From positions 1-47,210 of the forward strand of contig JAZDCZ010000237.1 of assembly GCA_036679605.1 (NCBI GenBank): DNA of 47,210 bases, given 5' to 3'. Each line of letters begins with the position of its first letter. Positions within the stretch are counted from its first letter, which is position 1. A program made the translations under genes and the position numbers. Shown piece by piece: positions 38,552-47,052 of this stretch. The notes under the pieces are model-generated. The model was not told the DNA's origin. It did not search any database and was given only the letters and a program-made list of their open reading frames with translations. Source of the DNA: Gemmatimonadota bacterium (GTDB lineage Bacteria > Gemmatimonadota > Gemmatimonadetes > Gemmatimonadales > GWC2-71-9).

Positions 38552-39685
38552 ATGGTACAGCGACGATTTTGGATCAAACGGGTCGAGCAGGCGTGGCGCG
38601 AGCGATCGGTGATCTGGCTCTCAGGCGTCCGGCGCGTCGGCAAGACTTTCTTGTGTCGATCTCTTCCGCGGGTTGCCTACTTCGATTGCGAGTTACCCCG
38701 GGTTCGCAGGGAGTTGCAGGATCCGGAGGCGTTCCTCGCCGGGGTCGCGGGAAAGCGCGTCGTCCTCGACGAGATCCACCGTCTTCAGCATCCGACCGAA
38801 TTGCTCAAGATCGCGGCGGACCATTTCCCAGACACCTATATCATAGCGACCGGCTCCTCCACGCTCGGGGCCACTACCAAGTTCCGTGATACGCTGACAG
38901 GCCGTAAGCGCGACCTCTGGCTGACCCCCATGATCGCGCAGGACCTCACCGATTTCAAACGGGTCGACCTGGAACACCGATTTCTACGCGGTGGCTTGCC
39001 GCCGTTCTTCTTGGCCCCGACATTCCCTGAGCGCGACTTCCAGGAATGGATGGACGCGTTCTGGGCGAAGGACATTCAAGAACTCTTCAGGCTCGAACGC
39101 CGCGCTTCCTTTCTGCGATTCATCGAACTCCTGCTCACCAACAGCGGAGGCATCTTCGAGGCCACCAGATACGCTCGCCCATGCGAAGTCAGCCGCACCA
39201 CCATCACTAACTATCTGAACGTTCTCTCGCTCACCCATGTTGCTCACGTTGTCCGGCCGTTTTCTCAACACCGATCGACCGAGATCGTCGCTGCTCCCAA
39301 GGTCTATGGCTTCGACACCGGGTTCGTAGCCTATCATCGCGGATGGGACACTCTACGACCGGAGGACATGGGAACCCTGTGGGAGCATTTCGTCCTCAAC
39401 GAGATACATGCAGTGCTTCAAACCCGACCGATCAACTACTGGCGAGATAAGCGAGGACACGAGATAGACTTCGTCTACTTGAAGCGGGGAGCGCCGTCCG
39501 TCGTCATCGAATGCAAATGGTCTGCTGACGCGTTCGACCCGAAAAACCTGCTGTCGTTTCGGAAAAGGTACTCCGCCGGCGACAACTACGTGGTGGCCCG
39601 TGACGTCGATCGTGCTTACGTGCGGCGATTCTCAGGGCACACAGTGAAGTTCCTCCCACTCGTCTCGTTGCTCAAGAAGCTCTAG
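38552..39685 (+). CDS. AAA_14 ATPase with DUF4143 (C-terminal PD-(D/E)xK-like) domain
   Basis: GVRRVGKT, VLDEIH, ATGSS, PKVYGFDTG and EIDFV…IECK. Confidence 0.9.
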   Translation: MVQRRFWIKRVEQAWRERSVIWLSGVRRVGKTFLCRSLPRVAYFDCELPRVRRELQDPEAFLAGVAGKRVVLDEIHRLQHPTELLKIAADHFPDTYIIATGSSTLGATTKFRDTLTGRKRDLWLTPMIAQDLTDFKRVDLEHRFLRGGLPPFFLAPTFPERDFQEWMDAFWAKDIQELFRLERRASFLRFIELLLTNSGGIFEATRYARPCEVSRTTITNYLNVLSLTHVAHVVRPFSQHRSTEIVAAPKVYGFDTGFVAYHRGWDTLRPEDMGTLWEHFVLNEIHAVLQTRPINYWRDKRGHEIDFVYLKRGAPSVVIECKWSADAFDPKNLLSFRKRYSAGDNYVVARDVDRAYVRRFSGHTVKFLPLVSLLKKL

Positions 39686-39892
39686 CTCCGCGCCGGGCCC
39701 TGTATGATCGGCGACGTGAAAGTCGCAGCTCGGAGCACAGCCACACCTTCGTTGATCGGCGACGTGAAAGTCGCCGCTCGGCTGATGTCGCTAACAGCGA
39801 CCTGATATGTCTTTGATCCTGCCAAACTGCTTCCTTTCAACGTTTCACATTTCACGTTTCACCGCGCTCGGCCTTCCTTGCTTCGGGAAAGG

Positions 39893-41434
39893 TCAATGCC
39901 CCGCGCGCTCCAGCGACCACCGCAGGCACATCGCAAGAAAGGTGGCGAAGGGCCGGATATCCATGTCAAGACTCGCGCTTTCGAGCGCGGAGAGGTAACC
40001 GTCACGGCCTTCGACGCGGATGACAGTCCACGGATAACCGCCGGAAGCGAGCATGGCGTTCATTACAAACCGTGCCATTCGGCCATTTCCGTCCGGGTAG
40101 GGATGGATATAGCCAAACAGCCAGTGGCCCAGCACAGCCCTAACCGAAGGCTCCGGTTCTTCCTCTAGGAGATCAAGCAGGGCCGGCATGGCCTCGCGCA
40201 CGGCCTCCCAACGCGGCGGCACATGCCGCGACCCCCGCAAAAACACGGCATCATTCCGATAGCCGGCCAGGGCGGAAGGCGCGATTACACCGGCCCTAAC
40301 ACAAGGTTGGAACAATGCACCGTACCATTCGCGATGGGCGGATCGAACAAGCGTGCCGGCGTTTTCCCCGACAACGACCTTCGCAACAGTCTCTTTGACA
40401 AGCTGAAACGCTTCCCAGTACCCGCGCGCAGCCAGCGCATCACGGCTTTGGCGGTCGGCATCATCGTTGTCCGAGTTCCAGTCGCCCGTCTGCACTCTCT
40501 GGATCAGTTCGGGCGTAACGCGGTACCCCTCGATCGACAGCGAGTGATAGGCGTCGCTCCCATAGATCTCGTCGACGAACCGCAGATAGGCCTCCTTGTC
40601 CGTTGGCAGGCCAGGTGCTGCCGGAAACGCCTCGATGACCGGCTCTCGGAGAGAGCCCCACATCGCCTTAATGCGCCCGACAATGGCCGGCTCCGTCGTG
40701 TCGATAATGCCGAACACCTGCTCCGGCATGAAAGGATTCGTCTCCCGCACGTCATAACCGGCAGCTTTCATGGTCCACAGGATTTCTTCGGCGATTTGGA
40801 CCGAGCCAACGCTACGGAAGGCACCCGCAAGCCGCCCGGCAACAGTCGAATGACCGCCGTCGAGAAGGCGAACGAGGAGGTCGGAAGCATCACGTATGCC
40901 CGCAAGCACGACTTGCGCCTCTAGCGGCCGGCGCTGGAAGAACGCTTCTGATACTTTGATCAGCGCTGCCACCAGGGTGTAAAGACGTAGACCACCCAAC
41001 AGGGTGAGATCGGGCTCCGGCGGCATCCGAGCCTGTTTCAGATCGTACAGCGACGTTCCGAATAGCAGATCGATCGTGTTGTTGGACCCCTTGTGCGCGT
41101 AGATGATGACCTGCTGCGGTATCACCGTGTTTTCGGCATGAAGCAGAAGCGATTGCTCGGGTGACAGGTGCCACCGGTCCCCGAATCGCTCCCCGCAATA
41201 GCGGGCACAAAACTCCCAGAAGGATGCATACCACGGTGTACTGTCTCCGCGGTCGGTGGCGGGACTGGTGGAGATCAGCCATCCTTTCTTGACGTGGCGC
41301 AGGAAGCCCTGCCGGGCCAGCCGCCCACGGTGCACCCGGCTCAGTTCCCTGGATTGGAAGACCCGTCTTCCACCGCTTTGAAGTCTCTCGAGTTGCGCCA
41401 ACGACGCAGCCAGTTTCTCGTTGGGAGTTGCCAT
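39893..41434 (-). CDS. Fic-domain protein with a long N-terminal region
   Basis: HPYPDGNGRMAR canonical Fic motif and YHSLSIEGY; likely start MATPNEKLA. Confidence 0.92.
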   Translation of the reverse strand: MATPNEKLAASLAQLERLQSGGRRVFQSRELSRVHRGRLARQGFLRHVKKGWLISTSPATDRGDSTPWYASFWEFCARYCGERFGDRWHLSPEQSLLLHAENTVIPQQVIIYAHKGSNNTIDLLFGTSLYDLKQARMPPEPDLTLLGGLRLYTLVAALIKVSEAFFQRRPLEAQVVLAGIRDASDLLVRLLDGGHSTVAGRLAGAFRSVGSVQIAEEILWTMKAAGYDVRETNPFMPEQVFGIIDTTEPAIVGRIKAMWGSLREPVIEAFPAAPGLPTDKEAYLRFVDEIYGSDAYHSLSIEGYRVTPELIQRVQTGDWNSDNDDADRQSRDALAARGYWEAFQLVKETVAKVVVGENAGTLVRSAHREWYGALFQPCVRAGVIAPSALAGYRNDAVFLRGSRHVPPRWEAVREAMPALLDLLEEEPEPSVRAVLGHWLFGYIHPYPDGNGRMARFVMNAMLASGGYPWTVIRVEGRDGYLSALESASLDMDIRPFATFLAMCLRWSLERAGH

Positions 41435-41825
41435 CTCACACCTTTTGGCCATTGCACGACTTTTATCTCGTGCGTATACAAGTATATTACGCTGGGCGAT
41501 TACAAGTCAATAGTGTCGTAATATTACAAGTTTATCATGATGTACAATGACAAGTATATTGTGTGTTGGTCGCTTTCACGTTTCACATTTCACGTTTCAC
41601 CATATATTGTCCCTGGCAGCCGGACGCCCCAGAGAATTGCCAAAGTGATATTCTACCGGAGATTCCGACCGTTTGAAGCCAGCCAATAAGCGAAACTGCG
41701 CTCAACGTCGCTATCAGCGACATCAGCCGAGAAGCGGCTCTAATGCCGCTGACTCCTTCCAGCGCTCGGCGTCCTTGCGCGTTTCGCATTTCACATTTCG
41801 TATTTCACCATACATCGTCCGCAAC

Positions 41826-43475
41826 GTGATAATCGCGGTCTCCGCATTTCTTATTGCTCTCGCAGTCATCTGTCCGCTGTCGCTAGCAGCCCAGGCCAAC
41901 GTCAACGTCCCGCCCGACGATCCTGCGTACGGGTATCTCGACAACCTGATCGCGTTTGGGTTGGTGACATCCGATATCTCGGGAACCAAGCCGTACAGCC
42001 GAGGAGAGTTCGCGAGATTGATCGTAGAGGCCCGAGGCAATCTTCGGGACAAGAGTGGCGTTCGCCGCTTCCCGTTGGTCGAATCTTCGATTGGATATCT
42101 CACCGACCGGTTCGTCGCTGACATCGATGCCGTTTCGGCAACTCCGACTCCCCGCGTGCTGCGATTGCGGCTGATAGACGACATGCAGGTCAACTACTTC
42201 AACTACAAGGGCGAGCATCGAGCGATCGCAACCCCGAGCATTGACGCCGAGCTACAGCCCTTCATCGCGTACCGGGAAGGTCGAAAATTTCAGGAGGGTC
42301 AGAACGCGGCTGTCGAGTCGCGCCACTGGCTGACACTTGGCAACACGTTCGGGTTCTACTATCACGGCCGCCTGATCGCCACGGACCCGCGCAACTCGAC
42401 CGGCCTGGATGGTGACGTGGACTTCGAGACGATGCGGTTCTACTTCCAGCTCACCAAGTGGAACATCAATTTGCTCGTGGGCAAGGACGGCATGCAGTGG
42501 GGCATGGGGCAGCGGGGGAACCTGCTGTTGAGTACCAACGCCAAGCCGGTGGGTTCGTTCAAGACGCTGCCGCTCATCAAGCTTTCCAATACGAAGCCGA
42601 TTCGGCTGCCGTGGATATTGAACGGTTTGGGGCCGATGCGCTACACGCTGTTCATCTCCCGGTTGGAGGAAGACCGCAGTGACTTCCCGCGGCAGTTCTT
42701 CATAGGGTCGCGGCTCAACTTCAAGCCGGGGAAGAACTCCGAGTTTGGATTGAGTCATTCCTACTTGCTGGGGGGCGAGGGTTTTCCTACGTCGTTTTCC
42801 TTCATTGACGGCCTGGCGGAATTTTTCTTCGTAAGGAGAAAACAGAAGTTCTTCTTTAACGCTGGCCAGGGTACCGGCGAGAATATCGCAAACCATTTCA
42901 TGGGCTTCGACTTCAAGTTTCGCTTCCCCGGTCTGCGATACGCAGAGTTTTACAACGAGATCTACTTCGACGATCTCGTTGGAGGAACAAACACCTTCTT
43001 CACTCGGCAGCTTGGCTACCAGGGTGGGATTCACATGCCCAGGTTGACAGACGACGGGCGATTCGGTGCCCGCATAGAGATCGTCCACACCAGCAGGATA
43101 TTTTACACTGGAGCTGCCCCACTGGTGGCGGGATTCACATTTGACCGTAGAATCTTGGGCAATGATCTGGGACCGTTCGGGAACGAGGCTTACGCAGAGA
43201 TCCAGTATAAGCCAGACGGCAACACCGTTTGGTCTGGGTTTGCGAACGCACAATTCAGAGGTGTGGGAGCGGGAAACGAAAGGCGTGTCCCGGGAGTGCC
43301 GGACGAGAAGCGCTATCTGCTGGGCGGATCCCTCACGAAACATCTGAGATCGGGCGTCCAACTCCGGCTTGAGGCGAGTTACATGAGGACGGTGGATTTC
43401 GATGACGTGGCGGGGGATGATCGGGATGAGTTCTTTTTTGGGGTGACGGTGAGGGTGATCGATCCTAGGAGTTAA
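41826..43475 (+). CDS. wzi: Wzi-family capsule assembly outer-membrane protein
   Basis: Signal peptide; NVPPDDPAYGYLDNL, GKDGMQWGMGQRGNLLLSTNA and LGNDLGP. The track's upstream extension is repeat-derived. Confidence 0.8.
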   Translation: MIIAVSAFLIALAVICPLSLAAQANVNVPPDDPAYGYLDNLIAFGLVTSDISGTKPYSRGEFARLIVEARGNLRDKSGVRRFPLVESSIGYLTDRFVADIDAVSATPTPRVLRLRLIDDMQVNYFNYKGEHRAIATPSIDAELQPFIAYREGRKFQEGQNAAVESRHWLTLGNTFGFYYHGRLIATDPRNSTGLDGDVDFETMRFYFQLTKWNINLLVGKDGMQWGMGQRGNLLLSTNAKPVGSFKTLPLIKLSNTKPIRLPWILNGLGPMRYTLFISRLEEDRSDFPRQFFIGSRLNFKPGKNSEFGLSHSYLLGGEGFPTSFSFIDGLAEFFFVRRKQKFFFNAGQGTGENIANHFMGFDFKFRFPGLRYAEFYNEIYFDDLVGGTNTFFTRQLGYQGGIHMPRLTDDGRFGARIEIVHTSRIFYTGAAPLVAGFTFDRRILGNDLGPFGNEAYAEIQYKPDGNTVWSGFANAQFRGVGAGNERRVPGVPDEKRYLLGGSLTKHLRSGVQLRLEASYMRTVDFDDVAGDDRDEFFFGVTVRVIDPRS

Positions 43476-43490
43476 AGGGTCGGACTAACT

Positions 43491-43985
43491 GGGCGGTAGA
43501 TAAAGGGCGGTAGATAAAGGGCGGTAGGAAAAGGGCGGGAGAACAGGACGGGAGGATTTGGCAACAAAAAGCCGGAGAATTTTCGCTCTCCGGCTCCTTA
43601 TACGTAGCGAACTGGCCACGCGGCATCGCAAGCAATCACAATGTACGAAAGAACTCGACTCTGAGTCAAGTGCGGCGGTGCTGGCGGTGGGAGTCGAACC
43701 CACAGGGGCATTTGCCCGACGGCTTGCGACACCGCTGCGTTTACCAATTTCGCCACGCCAGCACCCAAATCGGCGACGAACCGTGGTAACCAAGAAGGCT
43801 AGACGCATGACATCACACCCGTTTGCCAAACCGCGTGCACACAGTAACGAATTGGTGGACGGGGTGAATAACCAAAAGCACACCGAGTGGGTGCGGATTT
43901 TTGCGGGAAGCGGGGGAAGGGCGGTAGAACTGGGCGGAATAACAGGGCGGAAGATAAAAGGCGGTAGGAAAAGGGGCGGTCCGCC
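43491..43985 (+). repeat. GGGCGGTAGATAAA-type tandem arrays (about 43491-43538 and 43919-43985) flanking the odd tRNA
   Basis: Direct reading: GGGCGG cores recur at about 13-15 nt spacing in both arrays. Confidence 0.75.
43679..43762 (-). tRNA. Non-canonical type II tRNA with a Leu-like body and CGC (Ala) anticodon, or a pseudo-tRNA
   Basis: GCTGGCG TG GCGAAATTGGTAAACGC A GCGGT-GTCGCAA-GCCGT C GGGC-AAAT-GCCC CT GTGGG-TTCGACT-CCCAC CGCCAGC A. Confidence 0.75.
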
Positions 43986-43989
43986 CTCC

Positions 43990-45021
43990 CTACTCCCCAC
44001 TCCCTAGCGCCTTTAGTTTCTCCCGCAGCGCATCCACGTCGTCGTTGACGGCAGATACGAAGACCGAGCAGTCATAGTGAGTCCCTAACCGGTCGGCTAG
44101 CGCATCGGGGTCATCCACCAAATCCATCTTGTTGAAGACGTGAACTACTTGCCCCGCGAGGTCCAGGTCGGCTAGAACCTCGTCCACGACATCCACTTGG
44201 TCAGCCCAGTCGGCGTGCGACGCGTCGATGATGTGCAGCACGATGTCGGCATGGGTGGCCGTGTCGATCAGGCGGACCCTGGTACCCTGCCCCAGGTGCA
44301 TCTCGCGGGTCTTGGTATCGAGTGTGGCAAACAGCCGGTCTTCTATGAGCGTGTCGGCCCCAGTCAGGGCCTTCAGAAGGCTGGACTTGCCGGCGTTGGT
44401 GTAGCCCACCAGGGCCACGGTGGGAATCGGGCGCCTGCCGCCTCTCAGCACACCTCTGTGGCGAGCGACCTTCTCGAGTTGACCCTTGATGCGGCTGATC
44501 TTACGGCGGATCATGCGGCGGTCGGTCTCCAGCTGTGTCTCACCGGGACCCCGGAGGCCGATGCCACCACGAATGCGCGACAGGTGGACCCACATGCGGG
44601 CCAGGCGCGGCAGGAGATACTCCAGCTGAGCCAGCTCGACCTCGAGCTTGGCCTCCTTGCTGCGCGCACGCGTGGCAAAGATGTCCAGAATCAATTCGGC
44701 GCGATCCATGATTCTGACGCCGAGTGCTTTCTCCAACGTCTTGCCCTGCGCGGGCGAGAGTTCCTCGTCGAAAATCACGAGCGACGCCTCGGCGTCCTGC
44801 ACCAGACCCTCGAGTTCGCGGAGTTTCCCCGCACCGATGTAGGAGCCGGGATCGGGGGCACGGACATGCTGGATGAGGCGTCCCACAACGTCGGCACCGG
44901 CCGTGTCGGTCAGACGGGCCAACTCCTCCAGATGCTCCTCGGCGCGCCGAGCGTCCGCAGTGCCTTTGCGTGGCGCCGCGACGAGAATGACTTTGTCAGC
45001 TTCGGGGCGTATGTCTATCAT
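43990..45021 (-). CDS. hflX: GTPase HflX with an internal in-frame deletion at G3/switch II
   Basis: LILDIFATRA, GLRGPGETQLETDRR, GYTNAGKS, LFATLD and NKMD are present, but the protein reads LIDT-ATHAD where DTVGFI…TLEE is expected. Confidence 0.9.
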   Translation of the reverse strand: MIDIRPEADKVILVAAPRKGTADARRAEEHLEELARLTDTAGADVVGRLIQHVRAPDPGSYIGAGKLRELEGLVQDAEASLVIFDEELSPAQGKTLEKALGVRIMDRAELILDIFATRARSKEAKLEVELAQLEYLLPRLARMWVHLSRIRGGIGLRGPGETQLETDRRMIRRKISRIKGQLEKVARHRGVLRGGRRPIPTVALVGYTNAGKSSLLKALTGADTLIEDRLFATLDTKTREMHLGQGTRVRLIDTATHADIVLHIIDASHADWADQVDVVDEVLADLDLAGQVVHVFNKMDLVDDPDALADRLGTHYDCSVFVSAVNDDVDALREKLKALGSGE

Positions 45022-45177
45022 TCTAGTATGTCTAAGAAACGAGTGTGCTGGAAGGGTAATGAATAAGGGAGTGGGGAGTGGGGAGTGGGGAGTGCGAAAA
45101 GGGAAGTGGGAAAAGGGAAACAGCAAAAGGAGGTGTAGAAGTGGTGGCCTCCCTTCAGGGTCGTCCGGCGCGATTGA

Positions 45178-45206
45178 TTGACAGCATGTAGCCAGATGGC
45201 TACAGT
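45178..45206 (+). promoter_or_regulatory. Sigma70 promoter with palindromic operator for the addiction module
   Basis: TTGACA-N17-TACAGT, overlapped by TGTAGCCA-GA-TGGCTACA (45187-45204). Confidence 0.75.
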
Positions 45207-45212
45207 TCGATC

Positions 45213-45503
45213 GTGCTTCAAATCCGCAAGACGGAGGTCTATGCCAAGTGGCTTGATGGTTTGCGCGACGTCCATGGTCGGGCTCGTATTCTGGCGCGGG
45301 TCGAGCGCTGGGCGGCTGGAAATCCGGGAGATGTCAAGCCCGCGGGTGAAGGCGTTTCAGAGTTGCGGATCGATTACGGACCCGGCTATCGGGTGTACTA
45401 CAAACAGCAGGGCCGAGAGGTCGTTATTTTGTTAGCTGGCGGCGACAAGCGTACGCAAGCCAGGGACATCAAGACAGCCTTGCGCCTTGCTCGCAACCTG
45501 TAG
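45213..45503 (+). CDS. Addiction module killer protein (RelE/ParE superfamily, HI1419-like)
   Basis: WLDGLRD…GNPGDVKP.GEGVSELRIDYGPGYRVYY…LLAGGDKRTQARDI. Confidence 0.92.
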   Translation: MLQIRKTEVYAKWLDGLRDVHGRARILARVERWAAGNPGDVKPAGEGVSELRIDYGPGYRVYYKQQGREVVILLAGGDKRTQARDIKTALRLARNL

Positions 45504-45512
45504 GAACGCACC

Positions 45513-45866
45513 ATGACGAAAACTACTACTACTCCCTACAATGTCGCCGAGCACCTTCACACGCCGGAGGAAATGGCTGCCTACCTAGAGGCTTGTCTTG
45601 AGGAGGCGAACGGGGACGCAGCGTTCGTTGCCAAGGCTCTGGGCGATATCGCTCGCGCCAAGGGCATGTCTCAGGTAGCGCGTGAAGCCGGCCTATCTCG
45701 CGAAAGTCTTTACAAGGCACTCTCCGGAGAACGAAGCCCCGGCTTCGACACGATCCTCAAAGTCATAGGAGCACTAGGCTTGAAATTGCACGCTGAAGCA
45801 ATTCTCGTCGCTGGCTCAAAGGCCCAACAAGGCGCTCCAGCCGACGCTCGTACCTCGCGCGGCTGA
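45513..45866 (+). CDS. Addiction module antidote, HTH (HI1420-like)
   Basis: AEHLHTPEEMAAYL…ALGDIARAKGMSQVAREAGLSRESLYKALS. Confidence 0.92.
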   Translation: MTKTTTTPYNVAEHLHTPEEMAAYLEACLEEANGDAAFVAKALGDIARAKGMSQVAREAGLSRESLYKALSGERSPGFDTILKVIGALGLKLHAEAILVAGSKAQQGAPADARTSRG

Positions 45867-45881
45867 GCTTGGTCGTTATGC
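45822..45881 (+). mobile_element. Integron attC recombination site
   Basis: GCCCAAC (RYYYAAC)-AAGGCGCTCCAGCCGACGC…GCGCGGCTGAGCTTGGTC-GTTATGC (GTT core), a 60-bp imperfect palindrome. Confidence 0.8.
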
Positions 45882-45893
45882 GGCACCCTGAAT

Positions 45894-46086
45894 CTATTTC
45901 GGGTGCTCACATTTCCTGAGAGCGCCTTCGCATGCAAGTTTCAGGCGGGGAATATCTTGCTCGACCGCCCGGTAGACGTACCCCAGATCGACGCCCAGGT
46001 AGTTGTCACAGGGGCACGGCCTCTTCGAGCACGCGGTCGCGCAGCAATTCATCGAGTCCACGCTCCGTCACAACCTGCACGCGGCC
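45894..46086 (-). pseudogene. Collapsed MNT-HEPN (MntA/HepT-like, DUF86) TA remnant
   Basis: RVQVVTERGLDELLRDRVLEEAVPL* (MNT C-terminus) is directly followed by DNYLGVDLGYVYRAVEQDIPRLK…* (DUF86 C-terminus). Confidence 0.7.
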
Positions 46087-46304
46087 CTAGCACGACCCGT
46101 TACGATCGCTTCACGAAGCGGCACCTCTATCAGGAAGTGGGAGTACCGGTTTATTGGATCGTGGATGCCGACCAACAATTGGTCGAGGTCTGGACGCCGC
46201 ACGCCACATTCCCGACGATTGAGCGCGAGCGAGTTACCTGGACCCCGCCAGCTGCCCCAACTTCGTTCACACTGGAATTGGCCGAGTTGTTCCAACCGAT
46301 CTGA
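46085..46304 (+). pseudogene. Uma2-family endonuclease C-terminal fragment
   Basis: PSTTRYDRFTKRHLYQEVGVPVYWIVD…VEVW; the N-terminus is replaced by the MNT-HEPN remnant. Confidence 0.75.
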
Positions 46305-46387
46305 ATGTGAGCCTCACATAGACAGACCGTGGCCTTGTAATGATCCCCACTTGCCGGAAAATCGTAGATCCTGTAAAATACAAGATC

Positions 46388-46651
46388 ATGGAAACAAGAA
46401 TCTCCGCCACCGAACTGGCGCGGCGGCTGGGCGACATCCTCGGCCGGATCCGCTACCGTGGCGATTCGTTCCTCATCGAGCGAAGCGGCAGGCCGGTTGC
46501 CCGCATCGCCCCGGCGCCCGGTGCCACCCCTGCGACGCTCAGTGAAGCACTTGCCGCCTGGAGCACGACCGCCGAGCCGGATCCGGCGTTTGCCGATGAC
46601 CTCGCACGTATCAAAGCCGAAGATCGCCCGCCCGCGGATCCGTGGGACTAG
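46388..46651 (+). CDS. Phd/YefM-family antitoxin
   Basis: [17 protein letters not shown]…[13 protein letters not shown]; an inverted repeat GATCCTGTA-AAA-TACAAGATC precedes the ATG. Confidence 0.88.
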   Translation: METRISATELARRLGDILGRIRYRGDSFLIERSGRPVARIAPAPGATPATLSEALAAWSTTAEPDPAFADDLARIKAEDRPPADPWD

Positions 46652-47052
46652 TAATCGACACCAGCGCTCTGGTTGCTGTCGAACGGCGACGCGCACCATC
46701 GCATGATGCGCTCGAGTCGCTAGGCACCGAGCCCGCCGTTGTGCCCGCTATTGTCTATGCGGAGCTGATTACCGGCGTGCTCCTCGCCGACACGCCCCGA
46801 CGGGCTTCTGCCCGCCGCGCGAGGATCGAGGCGTTGGTCGGCGCGGCCCCCGTCGTGGACTTCGGTCGCGAGGCCGCCGCACAGTGGGCCCTCCTGTTCA
46901 CGTTGCTCCGCCGAGCCGGACAACCCATCCCCAGCAACGACCTCGCCGTTGCCGCCACCGCCCGTGCACTCGGCTTCGGCGTCCTGGTCGGACCAGACAA
47001 CGAGCGACACTTCCACAACGTGCCTGAGTTGCGAGTAGAGGTGCTGGGATAA
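46642..47052 (+). CDS. vapC: PIN-domain toxin (VapC)
   Basis: VIDTSAL…YAEL…[12 protein letters not shown]…NERHF. Confidence 0.9.
   Translation: MGLVIDTSALVAVERRRAPSHDALESLGTEPAVVPAIVYAELITGVLLADTPRRASARRARIEALVGAAPVVDFGREAAAQWALLFTLLRRAGQPIPSNDLAVAATARALGFGVLVGPDNERHFHNVPELRVEVLG

Larger units (their letters stand above)
35077..41750. repeat. Dispersed REP-like double-hairpin family, about 10 copies of about 45-50 bp
   Basis: Consensus CGGCGAC-GTGAGA-GTCGCCG-CTCGGCTGAT-GTCGCT-AAG-AGCGAC. Copies near 35077, 35167, 36575 (partial), 36624, 36731, 36839, 39705 (partial) and 39753; inverted copies at 37394 and 41705. Confidence 0.9.

Noticed and set aside
41673..41825. N-terminal extensions in the ORF track for wzi, hflX (45022-45126) and the CDP-alcohol transferase (35122-35211)
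   Set aside because: They translate REP or heptamer repeats; better downstream starts exist.
42252..45066. Long alternative ORFs 42252-43361 (-) and 44197-45066 (+); likewise 26258-27256 and 31305-32195
   Set aside because: They are antisense or alternate-frame shadows of well-supported genes in GC-rich DNA and have no motifs.
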